IMG/VR virus record: IMGVR_UViG_3300025133_000004
Coordinates: 1-53,281 of that record
Length of the DNA stretch: 53,281 bases
Origin: a virus
Strand: one strand, 5' to 3'
Below, one piece after another: positions 18,901 through 26,829 of this stretch. The notes beneath the pieces were generated by a model. The model was not told the DNA's origin. It did not search any database and saw only the letters and a program-made list of their open reading frames with translations. The translations under genes were made by a program, and so were the position numbers. Within the stretch, counting starts at the first letter, position 1, and the number at the start of each line of letters is the position of its first letter.

Positions 18901-21900
18901 AAACAGGTAAAATATCTAGAAGAGTACAAAGACAAATAGATGAACTAGCTGATCTTGGTATAAATTATAATGAAGGTGTATCTTGGCTAAATAAAGGAGC
19001 TAATATAGAAGACGATTTTTACAGAAAACTTAAAGAAGGAGCAAATACATATACTAATGAAGTTATTTTAAATCCTAGCGCACAGTCAGGTATAAAACCT
19101 ATGTATATGTCAAATCCAAAAACTGCAATCCTCGGTCAACTATTAGGTTACCCCGCAGCTTTTACTAATACAGTTATGAAAAATATGGCTAGACAAATAG
19201 CTAGAAATCCTGAGACTGCTTTAACTCAACATATTCCTGCTGTAGGAATTATGACAGCAGTAGCTATGTTTACTAATGCTGCTAGAACTCAAGGCGAATC
19301 TTTGGAGGGTAAACCCCATGAAGTAATTGGTGGTGCTTTGGCTAGAGCAGGATTTAATGGTTTACCTGCTGATATGTTTACAAGAGGTAGAACGGCTGCT
19401 GAAATTTATCAAAGTCCTACTGCTTATATGACAGGGTTTGGACCGCTTTGGGGTGATGCTTATAAACTGGGAGTTAGTGCAGATGTATTTTCTATACTAG
19501 GACAAAAAATTCCGGGCTACGGAGCTTTTAATGCAATTTTTGGTGCTACTGAAGCCACTGAAGATTGGCCTGATAAGTATAGAGAAATGTTACGGGCCGG
19601 AGATACTTTTTTTCAAAAATCTACTACTCCAGAACAAGATGTAGTTTCTAGAAAAAACTGGGAAAAAGGCGGTGAAGTTTATAATGTACCACAAGTTACT
19701 GAAGAACCTGATGAACGTATAGATAGAATGACAGGACTTCCATATGATGTACAAGCGGGAGGAGCTTTTATAGACGAAGAAGATCGCCAAGGTTTTGCAT
19801 TAGGAACAATAGTTTCAAAGGCGGCTCCGGTTTTAAAATCTAAACTATCAGAAGCTCTTGGTGAATTAGCAGATAAAGGTGAAAATATTCCTATTAATAG
19901 GTTAGTAAAAAGATTACAAAACAGAGGTGTTCGGAAAGATGAAATAGAGGCGGCAGGTATTGATGAAGACGGTAATGCATGGCATTCACCAACACAAGAA
20001 TCCGAAGAAGCAGCCGCTCAAATTAGGACTGTAGTTACTAGATCAGGTAATCTAGCTTATACTCCTGATGGTTTAAGAGCTATAGATAAAGCTAGAATGG
20101 ATAAACCTTTAATTGATTCTAACTTTGTAACTGCAAAAGAAACTTTATTAGAACATAATACAGCATTAGAAAAATTAGAATTTGATGCTGAGCTTGCCGA
20201 ACGAGGAATTCCTTATGATGGCAAACAGCTTGAGGCAGATTTAATAATAAATGAAGAAGGCGCATTTTTTGACGAATATACTCCCCTAGATGTTAATGAT
20301 TTAACATTAGAAACTAGAATATTTCGTGATCCTAGAGGCAAGCAAATAGGTGCTGAATCTAAACATTTTGTTCTTAATTTGCCAAAGGGTAGTGCGGCTA
20401 TTAAAGCGGGATATAAAGACGATCCTTATAGTTATCATGTAAGATTTGATGAGATTGATCCCGCTCTTAGAGTTTTTGAAATGCAAAGTGATTTAGCAAT
20501 AGGTAGAAAAACTAGGTTGGCCTTATATGATATTGTGTTTGAGCCAACGAAGTGGAAGAAAAAATCTAATGATAATGTGTATAATGTATTGTTAGATTCA
20601 TTTAATGTTAATAAAAAAGATATTAAATTTTCAAAAGAACAAGGCAAACAACTAGGTATAGATGTAAAAAACTTAAATGCTTTATATAAAGAAGCTGCAA
20701 GTATGCGTAAAAACATTAAAGAATTTGCTTTGGAAGATGAAAAGCTTTATCACTTAGATACATTATTCGTGCAATATGACTTAAATTTAGAAAGTTTTGT
20801 AAAAGAAAGTGATCTTATAGCCGATTTAAAATCTTATATAGAAAAAACAAAATATTTACCCCAACGTGGAATAAATAAAGATATAAAAAATTATATATCA
20901 AAATTTGAGTCCCAAAATATTTTAAAAAATAAAATAACAGATAAAGTACAAGATACTCTTAATGCAATTAATATATCAAAAGTTATACCTGAAATAGATG
21001 TTTCTCAAAATATAATAAATAGAATGATAGCTGAAACAAAAGAAAGAGGGCTTCCCGAAATTAGTTTTTTGATTGGTAGAGATACTCCAGAAAGTAGAAA
21101 ATATATGGGTGTCCCGGCTTATAAAGAATGGAAGGTTAAGCCTAATAGATCAAAAGGTCATATGCAAAGAAGTTATCATATTCAAGAATATTATGAAGAT
21201 ACAGTAGCTCCACAAGTACAAAAAATTGCAAAAAAAATAGGAGCTACTACTCGTTGGGACGATAAAGGATACTTAACTATAGTATTACCTGAAAAAGAAT
21301 TTACTTTGCCTATATATAAAAATGAAGGTGGATATATTTCTCGTCAAAAATATATGGCAGGTACGTTAGCTAGAACAGGTGCTAATATAATAAAAGGTTT
21401 ATGGCACGGTTCTCCACATAGTGTTCCTACTTTAAAAGCTAGTAAATCTATTGATTCTAATGCTCTTCAATTAGGCAGAGGAGTAGCTGCAACAAAAGAT
21501 AAAAAAATAGCTGAGTCATATCTTGATGCAACACCCAACCGTTCTGTAGGTTTATCAGAAAAAGCTCTTTTAGAAGAAAGAACTGCTAGAGGTTCTTCTA
21601 CTCCTACTTTATATGAATTAGAAGCACATATAAATGAGGATGAAATAATTAGAACAGGTACAAAGTTTGCCGATCAACCGACTCCTGTGCAGACTAGAAT
21701 AGATGCTATAGCAAAAGACTATGATATTCAGTTGTCAGATAAAGACAAAGATAGTAAAAGAATATTTTATATTTTAAAAAGAAACTTAGAAGATAAAGAT
21801 TTAAAAGCAGAAGATATTTTTAAAAACTATGGAATTAAAGCTGCAAAAAGAGATTTAAGGGAAACTTCTTTAGAAGGATTAAGTCTTGGAGGAAATGAAG

Positions 21901-23354
21901 AATATTCTTTTTATGATGATAGTGTACTAGAAATTGTAAGTAAAAACATTAAAACAGGAGGGCCAGAAAATCTTATACAAGGAGGTACAGCTTTAATAAA
22001 GAAAGCAAAAGAAGCGGGAATGGATACTGAGCGCATAGTGTATCACGCTGCTGGTGAGCGATGGGCTACAGACGGAATAACTTTTGATGAAAAATATTTT
22101 CTAGATAATTACATGGATGATATTAGTCCCGAAAATCATATGGTCTATTTAGGTACTGATGCAGATATATCTTCTTTTTATGCACAAAAAAAATGGAACA
22201 GTAAAGCTGAAGCAGCCGACAGAGCAGCAGGAAGAAAAATTAAAAAAGACTACTGGACAACCCCCGAAATACTTCCTATGTTTTTAAAGGGACCGGGATT
22301 AAAATTAAAAATAGATAAATGGGCACCCTCTACTTATAAATCTCCAGACAACAAGGCTATGCCGTGGGGAAAATGGTTTATACAGGATGCTATGGATCAA
22401 TTAAATATTAAAACCCCTGTAACTAAAAAGTCTGATATGATAAAAGAAATTTGGAAGGAAGCAAAAAAACAAGGCTATGGATATATAGAATTTATTAATG
22501 TTGAAGATGTTAGCAAAGCTGCTGATATAACTCCCCAAACTCAGATCATACCTTTAGGCCCAGATAAAGTAAAATCAATTTATGCAAACTATAATCCAGA
22601 TGCTACTAAAGAAGACCTAATGCGAAATCTATTTTCAGCCACAGGCGGCTCAATCAGAAAGCAATACAAAGACGGTGGAATTCTTAAAGGCGGTTTAGGA
22701 AACAGAATTGTTAGAAGTTTAAGATTTTTACTTAATACAAAAGATGCTATAAACTATTATAAAGAAGGCTATAGACAAGAAGCAATAGAAGCAGGAGCTA
22801 GAGCAGTTGGAATAGGTGCAAGAGAACAACGTCTTAATGAAAGAGATGCAGCTAAAGCTATTAATGATGCAGTAGCAGAAGGAATACTTAAAGAAGAACA
22901 CGCTGTACCAGTAGATGATTATGGGTTTACTAAAGGAAATGTTGACGAACTTTTTAATGCGGTCAACCACGGTCTTTTATCTTTCAGATATGGTACTAAT
23001 CCTGCTATGAGAGGGCTTCTTCAATTAAAAGAAGGTGAAAAATTTGGACAAGCGGCAGAAAATCCAATAGATAGTTCTGTAGATTCTTTTAATAATTCAA
23101 GAGGTTTTTATTTAGAACAACAAGGACTAACTGAATCCGCAGCTTTACAAGAAATGATTAGAAGTAAACAAAGAACAGATTTAAAATTAAATCTAGGCTT
23201 ACCTCTAGTGCGAGGGCAAGATTTTATTTTTAATTCAGAAGATTTAAAAGCCGTAGGAACACAAGAAACATTAGGCCCATTATATACTGGTAGGATTGAA
23301 CGCAATAAAGGCGGTAAATTACTAGGCAGCTTACATAGGAGCAACTGTAAATGA
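15963..23354 (+). CDS. giant virion-associated protein (2463 aa), candidate polyvalent ejected protein
   Basis: Single uninterrupted ORF with a GTG start overlapping the lysozyme stop (TAGTG). Glycine-zipper hydrophobic segments near the N-terminus. Two ART-PolyVal-like segments (LWHGSP...GRGVAATKDKKIAESY...LYELEAHI and VYHAAG...VYLGTDADISSFYA...MFLKGPGLKL). Confidence 0.8.
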   Translation: MGIKKNTENIWGVLNADNIIAPEKTQIGLSGPSSFIQKNHADLRNDPRYQAEAEKFLSYLSEQEGMAEKLTGGAISNDIFETLRDEEGRLLTVIDRARVLREAPEEIKQTYRYLRDNFEASKAGSFGEMLKATFDRGVDMFADPINLAFALVAPGLGSAVARTSTGAATRVLTSQAGKQNVKKTLNNIAAANADSLSPTVTGVSAAFEGGIWTGVENANRQDINITTGLQDAFSDGDFALSVGLGIGLGGSLGYGASKLFSRRTTNVAETGQSTTPTVLPPPNSSINSSASSTAEQEAETLVSGLFNKVELKTDRRGKQYYDRQGNPEVNLTLLKNLKKELGNQYDDVRIANIILAIKDTIFKKLTPDEVKQGLNFATKQRTLQINDIDPEVLKLFEQYGLKNSEIQTAITFVKNTYMKDAEKTATKVLKGQKVKVTQTIDLDDAQIGSLADQLAAKTGGGQRTSEILTDAIQEANATRGITNIARESSILRKVLDKTSDFNARYLTGKVTGIFNKYQGLSPNVINSFQERIVSAVSNSWKRGESIVRDTNDYGNVFNIEFGRLGMAWKAIYDPIAETTLKGGYKEEIDTLLSNAIRTNDIKTLARETQHLGKDVRKSLFNIVKFGRSQLKEMGDESQGKGLVNNLIDNYLPRLWKRSEIENNKEDFISLLEKNVNWKQHVDLEETIDANGNIIRRQLTNKEKAEKVWEELLDIKFQFGNDSGTGMNSFFARRQLELKDETAFTKYLDNDLNNVMLSYHRSTAKAIAKDTVFGVRNIEDFNTTWFPALEKEMRANGATTELINQAKKDMTDVYQNVTGEGLDRYKGWKGTAADSYMLFNRMALLPLSTLSSLSEIFINISKAGVKTSFAGYRDAIFSGSKKMFDDSLNGLQKSFNMTSKEAMHELNQMGTALDQAFADYADRLGGDALSSPRMRNVSNKFFRFTLLDQWTKGVQTASYIIGKRLIAENLESIASHMPLIQTGKISRRVQRQIDELADLGINYNEGVSWLNKGANIEDDFYRKLKEGANTYTNEVILNPSAQSGIKPMYMSNPKTAILGQLLGYPAAFTNTVMKNMARQIARNPETALTQHIPAVGIMTAVAMFTNAARTQGESLEGKPHEVIGGALARAGFNGLPADMFTRGRTAAEIYQSPTAYMTGFGPLWGDAYKLGVSADVFSILGQKIPGYGAFNAIFGATEATEDWPDKYREMLRAGDTFFQKSTTPEQDVVSRKNWEKGGEVYNVPQVTEEPDERIDRMTGLPYDVQAGGAFIDEEDRQGFALGTIVSKAAPVLKSKLSEALGELADKGENIPINRLVKRLQNRGVRKDEIEAAGIDEDGNAWHSPTQESEEAAAQIRTVVTRSGNLAYTPDGLRAIDKARMDKPLIDSNFVTAKETLLEHNTALEKLEFDAELAERGIPYDGKQLEADLIINEEGAFFDEYTPLDVNDLTLETRIFRDPRGKQIGAESKHFVLNLPKGSAAIKAGYKDDPYSYHVRFDEIDPALRVFEMQSDLAIGRKTRLALYDIVFEPTKWKKKSNDNVYNVLLDSFNVNKKDIKFSKEQGKQLGIDVKNLNALYKEAASMRKNIKEFALEDEKLYHLDTLFVQYDLNLESFVKESDLIADLKSYIEKTKYLPQRGINKDIKNYISKFESQNILKNKITDKVQDTLNAINISKVIPEIDVSQNIINRMIAETKERGLPEISFLIGRDTPESRKYMGVPAYKEWKVKPNRSKGHMQRSYHIQEYYEDTVAPQVQKIAKKIGATTRWDDKGYLTIVLPEKEFTLPIYKNEGGYISRQKYMAGTLARTGANIIKGLWHGSPHSVPTLKASKSIDSNALQLGRGVAATKDKKIAESYLDATPNRSVGLSEKALLEERTARGSSTPTLYELEAHINEDEIIRTGTKFADQPTPVQTRIDAIAKDYDIQLSDKDKDSKRIFYILKRNLEDKDLKAEDIFKNYGIKAAKRDLRETSLEGLSLGGNEEYSFYDDSVLEIVSKNIKTGGPENLIQGGTALIKKAKEAGMDTERIVYHAAGERWATDGITFDEKYFLDNYMDDISPENHMVYLGTDADISSFYAQKKWNSKAEAADRAAGRKIKKDYWTTPEILPMFLKGPGLKLKIDKWAPSTYKSPDNKAMPWGKWFIQDAMDQLNIKTPVTKKSDMIKEIWKEAKKQGYGYIEFINVEDVSKAADITPQTQIIPLGPDKVKSIYANYNPDATKEDLMRNLFSATGGSIRKQYKDGGILKGGLGNRIVRSLRFLLNTKDAINYYKEGYRQEAIEAGARAVGIGAREQRLNERDAAKAINDAVAEGILKEEHAVPVDDYGFTKGNVDELFNAVNHGLLSFRYGTNPAMRGLLQLKEGEKFGQAAENPIDSSVDSFNNSRGFYLEQQGLTESAALQEMIRSKQRTDLKLNLGLPLVRGQDFIFNSEDLKAVGTQETLGPLYTGRIERNKGGKLLGSLHRSNCK

Positions 23355-24649
23355 AAACATTACTTGGTTTAATAATAGCTACTGCACTACTGGTATCAGC
23401 TAGTAAAGTATATTCAAATGAACCTACTTATGTAGATGATGTAGCTTCTATTATTAATAACAACTGTGTTGTCTGTCACCGCGAAGGCGGTATAGGCCCA
23501 ATGCAGTTTGAAAACTACGAACAGGTTCGCCCGTGGAGTCCTTTGATTCAGCTTAAAGTAGCTAACAGAGAAATGCCGCCCTATGCTTATGATGAAGGCA
23601 TTGGCATACAGGAATTACATGGTGATTGGAGGCTCTCTCAGGCCGATATAGACACGATAGTAGAGTGGGTTAATACAGGATCAGAGTACGGAGATACTGA
23701 CGTTGTAGTGCAGCCTCCGAGCCTCTCAGACCCCGATCAGTGGAACTTCTACGAAAACTTTGGAGAGCCTACGTTGGTTATACCATCTACTCCAATAGAT
23801 ATTCCGGCTACAGGAAACGATCTCTGGCACAAACATAATGTAGCCAGTGGACTAACTGAGGACAGGTGCATTAAAGCCATCCAAGTTAAGCCAAGAGGAG
23901 AGGCTAAGAGTGTGGTTCACCACGCTAACAGTACTGTTACTTTAGAAGGCGAGAGGTACGGTATGCTCACTGAATACGCTATGGGTAAGTGGGGTGAAAT
24001 AGTACCAGAGGGGGTGTGTAGAACCATACCTGCTAACGCAGAGATAGCTTGGGACATTCATATGTTCCCCGGAGGTCTTGGAGCTATAGCCCCCGGAACT
24101 ATTATTAAAGATAATGTAGTAGAGATAGGGCTGTGGTTGTATTCTCCAGAGGAATCCCAAGAACTTGCTTACGAACAAGACCTGAGACTATACAGGATTA
24201 GCGATCAAGCTGATATTGTTATCCCGCCCAATGGTTATTCTATGACACAAGGCTTTCACTCCTTTGATCACCCAGTTCGTATAGACTCATGGCAACCACA
24301 TGGACATTTAAGAATGAATGCAGCAAGCTTTGAGATATTCTACCCCGATACTGGGAGAACAGAGCAGATCAGTCAGGTATCTAACTGGAGTGCAACGTGG
24401 CATCACAGTCATTTGTATGATCCAGACTATGCCCCACTACTACCAACAGGAGCAGTGTTAGTTTTAAAACAATGGTATGACAACACAGCAAACAACCCTA
24501 ACAATCCTGATCCTGATATGTGGGTTGTAGGAGGTAGTAGGACAGGGGATGAGATGACTCACGCATGGATAGCAGTAACACATCTTGATGAAGAGAAGTA
24601 TCAAGAACTTATAACTGAGAGAAACAACAAGAGGTTAGTAGCTCAATGA
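23351..24649 (+). CDS. secreted cytochrome c domain fused to a PHM/DBH-like copper monooxygenase-like domain
   Basis: Signal peptide MKTLLGLIIATALLVSASKVYS. CVVCH at aa 39-43 with REMPPY. His/Met pattern HH(190-191), H237, HGH(317-319), M402 as in type II copper monooxygenases. ATGA overlap with the giant ORF. Confidence 0.65.
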   Translation: MKTLLGLIIATALLVSASKVYSNEPTYVDDVASIINNNCVVCHREGGIGPMQFENYEQVRPWSPLIQLKVANREMPPYAYDEGIGIQELHGDWRLSQADIDTIVEWVNTGSEYGDTDVVVQPPSLSDPDQWNFYENFGEPTLVIPSTPIDIPATGNDLWHKHNVASGLTEDRCIKAIQVKPRGEAKSVVHHANSTVTLEGERYGMLTEYAMGKWGEIVPEGVCRTIPANAEIAWDIHMFPGGLGAIAPGTIIKDNVVEIGLWLYSPEESQELAYEQDLRLYRISDQADIVIPPNGYSMTQGFHSFDHPVRIDSWQPHGHLRMNAASFEIFYPDTGRTEQISQVSNWSATWHHSHLYDPDYAPLLPTGAVLVLKQWYDNTANNPNNPDPDMWVVGGSRTGDEMTHAWIAVTHLDEEKYQELITERNNKRLVAQ

Positions 24650-24831
24650 AACATTTAATACTTACAGCTTTACTACTGACAGGCTGTAGCAACTTCGGAG
24701 CGCCTAGTGGAATGTCCTTACACTTACAAGAGTACCCTCAATTTAACTGGATTGATCAAGATATTTTTATGTTGAATGTTAGGACTTGTAGAAGCTTAGA
24801 CTACTGCGCTGCGGAACAACTATTTAATTAA
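24646..24831 (+). CDS. small lipoprotein (61 aa)
   Basis: MKHLILTALLLTGCSN has a lipobox (LTGC). ATGA overlap with the upstream ORF. Confidence 0.6.
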   Translation: MKHLILTALLLTGCSNFGAPSGMSLHLQEYPQFNWIDQDIFMLNVRTCRSLDYCAAEQLFN

Positions 24832-24847
24832 TATAGAAGGTGAATAT

Positions 24848-25036
24848 ATGTTAGCTTTATATACAGAAGAACAATTAGGTGCAGCGTATCAAGTATATGC
24901 GCGGGTACACGCCTCAAAAGAAATAGAGATAGTAGACTTTGAAACATACAGAAGTATATTTGAATATCAATATATGGCTATGACTAAAGCTGATGAAATT
25001 TTTGACGGCACATTTGACACAACGATAGAGCATTAA
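24848..25036 (+). CDS. hypothetical protein (62 aa), last gene of the rightward arm
   Basis: Track ORF with GAAGGTG upstream of the ATG. Confidence 0.5.
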   Translation: MLALYTEEQLGAAYQVYARVHASKEIEIVDFETYRSIFEYQYMAMTKADEIFDGTFDTTIEH

Positions 25037-25251
25037 GATAAACTTTGCACTTCCTTTTCTATATAAGTATGCAAGTCTTCTAGTTTAAAGCACCCTTCTT
25101 TAACTATTTTATTAATAATAGGTATGTAATCTTTATTAAATATTTTTTCTATTTCCTTTACTGGTAAGTGTTTAAATTCAGATATTATATTCCCATCTCT
25201 TGCAATAAATATTCTAAACGAAACAAGATTCCCTTCTTTTTTATTGTTCAT
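25033..25251 (-). CDS. hypothetical protein (72 aa), last gene of the leftward arm
   Basis: Track ORF. A strong AGGAGGT lies 4 nt upstream of the ATG and begins directly after the nrdB stop codon. Confidence 0.6.
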   Translation of the reverse strand: MNNKKEGNLVSFRIFIARDGNIISEFKHLPVKEIEKIFNKDYIPIINKIVKEGCFKLEDLHTYIEKEVQSLS

Positions 25252-25260
25252 ACTACCTCC

Positions 25261-26241
25261 TTAGTCTTCTAAACGCAGACTTTTAAATTGAACAGTTTCT
25301 ATATTACCTTTGATGCCTCCTTTCATATAAGTAGTAGCTCTCCCTTCAAAAAAGTTTTGATGCTCTACTCCTAGTACATCATCTAACCAAACAAGCGGGT
25401 TATCTTTTACTTCAAAATTAGGTTTTAAACCTAGTTGTAGTAAACGCCTGTCTGCTATATATCTAATATACTCCTTCATTTCAGACTTAGTAAGTCCTTG
25501 AATGTCTCCCATTTCAAATACTAAATCTAAAAACTTATCTTCTAACTTAACCATTTCTCTGCAAGCTTGGTATATTTCTTTCTTAAAATCATCTGTCCAA
25601 AGATGTATATTCTCTTTCATAAATTCTCTAAAGAGATTAGTCATTGCTTCAACGTGTAACGACTCATCTCTTATACTGTAAGTTACTATCTGTCCCATGC
25701 CTTTCATCTTACCAAAGCGCGGGAAGTTTAAAAGAATTGCAAAGCTGCTAAAGAGTTGTAGTCCCTCAGTAAAGCCTGAATAGATTGCTAAGTTTTTAGC
25801 TATGCTTTCTTTGTTAGATACTTTAAAGGGCACCGCGTTAATGTAGTCGTGCTTGTCGGCCATAGCTTCATATTCAGAAAAAGCTTTGTACTCTGTATCA
25901 GGCATATTTACAGTATCTAATAACAAGCTGTAAGCGTGTTGATGTATTGATTCCATGTTCGCAAAAGAAGACATCATCATTCTAGCTTCTGGTTTCTTAA
26001 AAGCCCTCATGTATTTATCTATATAACAAGACGCTACATCCACATCAGACTGCGTAAAGAGTCTAAATATCTGAGTCAATAAATTCTTTTCAGACTCATC
26101 CATGTCCTGCCAATCTTTAACATCATTGTGCAGGGGTACATCTTCCGGCAACCATATCATTTGATTCTGCTGCACGTAGTAATCAAACATCCACGGGTAA
26201 TCAAAAGGTTTATAATAATCTCTTGTTCCTAATAAGCTCAT
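25261..26241 (-). CDS. nrdB: ribonucleotide reductase class I beta subunit
   Basis: Di-iron ExxH motifs (MESIHQHAYS, RDESLHVEAM) and the FTEGLQLFSSF helix. Size is 326 aa. Confidence 0.9.
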   Translation of the reverse strand: MSLLGTRDYYKPFDYPWMFDYYVQQNQMIWLPEDVPLHNDVKDWQDMDESEKNLLTQIFRLFTQSDVDVASCYIDKYMRAFKKPEARMMMSSFANMESIHQHAYSLLLDTVNMPDTEYKAFSEYEAMADKHDYINAVPFKVSNKESIAKNLAIYSGFTEGLQLFSSFAILLNFPRFGKMKGMGQIVTYSIRDESLHVEAMTNLFREFMKENIHLWTDDFKKEIYQACREMVKLEDKFLDLVFEMGDIQGLTKSEMKEYIRYIADRRLLQLGLKPNFEVKDNPLVWLDDVLGVEHQNFFEGRATTYMKGGIKGNIETVQFKSLRLED

Positions 26242-26528
26242 TTAGATTCCTTCATTAAATTAGTTATTGATTCAAAATCATTTTTTGCATTAGTTAATTT
26301 GTTGTGTAAGTACATAGCAGACCAACACCCTAAGACTGCTCCGGTTGCAAGCTTCCACACTAAGTCCCAACTAGCCCCTAGTTTTACTATGTTAATAATT
26401 ATATATACTTCTGTAAAGGCCATAGCCAAACTAAATACAGGTACAAATAAATAATTATTAAACGCAACATTGCGTTGTTGAAATGCTTTAACGAATACAG
26501 AAATATAACTAGCTATTATTAAGTACAT
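26238..26528 (-). CDS. small integral membrane protein (96 aa) between nrdA and nrdB
   Basis: Track ORF with about three hydrophobic helices. Overlaps both neighbours. Confidence 0.55.
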   Translation of the reverse strand: MYLIIASYISVFVKAFQQRNVAFNNYLFVPVFSLAMAFTEVYIIINIVKLGASWDLVWKLATGAVLGCWSAMYLHNKLTNAKNDFESITNLMKESK

Positions 26529-26829
26529 TAAACTCTGCTCCTATCTCTGCTATAATTTCCCAATATCTTGTAACCATTCCTTTTGGAATTACCATGACAG
26601 CATTAACATACTCTTCATCCTTTTTGCTGTGGTAACGATCAGTACATAATATAATTTCATTATCATTATCCGCTACTAAATAACCTACGCTTGATCTAAG
26701 CACAGGTTTTAATTTTCTAGCATCAGATATGAGATGATCCTCAGTATCTATCCAAGCATCTTCCCACTCAACCTGCATGATACAACCTAATAGTGCATCA
26801 TGGTGCGGATTATTTGGTTTATCCTTCAC
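26509..26829 (-). CDS. hypothetical protein (106 aa) between nrdA and nrdB
   Basis: Track ORF overlapping the nrdA 3' end. Confidence 0.55.
   Translation of the reverse strand: MKDKPNNPHHDALLGCIMQVEWEDAWIDTEDHLISDARKLKPVLRSSVGYLVADNDNEIILCTDRYHSKKDEEYVNAVMVIPKGMVTRYWEIIAEIGAEFNVLNNS

Noticed and set aside
15963-23354. Virion RNA polymerase (N4- or crAss-like) hidden in the giant ORF
   Set aside because: I saw no T7-like RNAP motifs and no DxDGD double-psi beta-barrel signature. This rests on reading by eye only, so it remains open to HHpred.
15393-24178. Antisense track ORFs 15393..15641, 19590..19790, 20435..20716, 22728..22970, 23108..23344 and 23942..24178
   Set aside because: They are shadow frames of the lysozyme, giant and cytochrome/monooxygenase genes, with no independent support.
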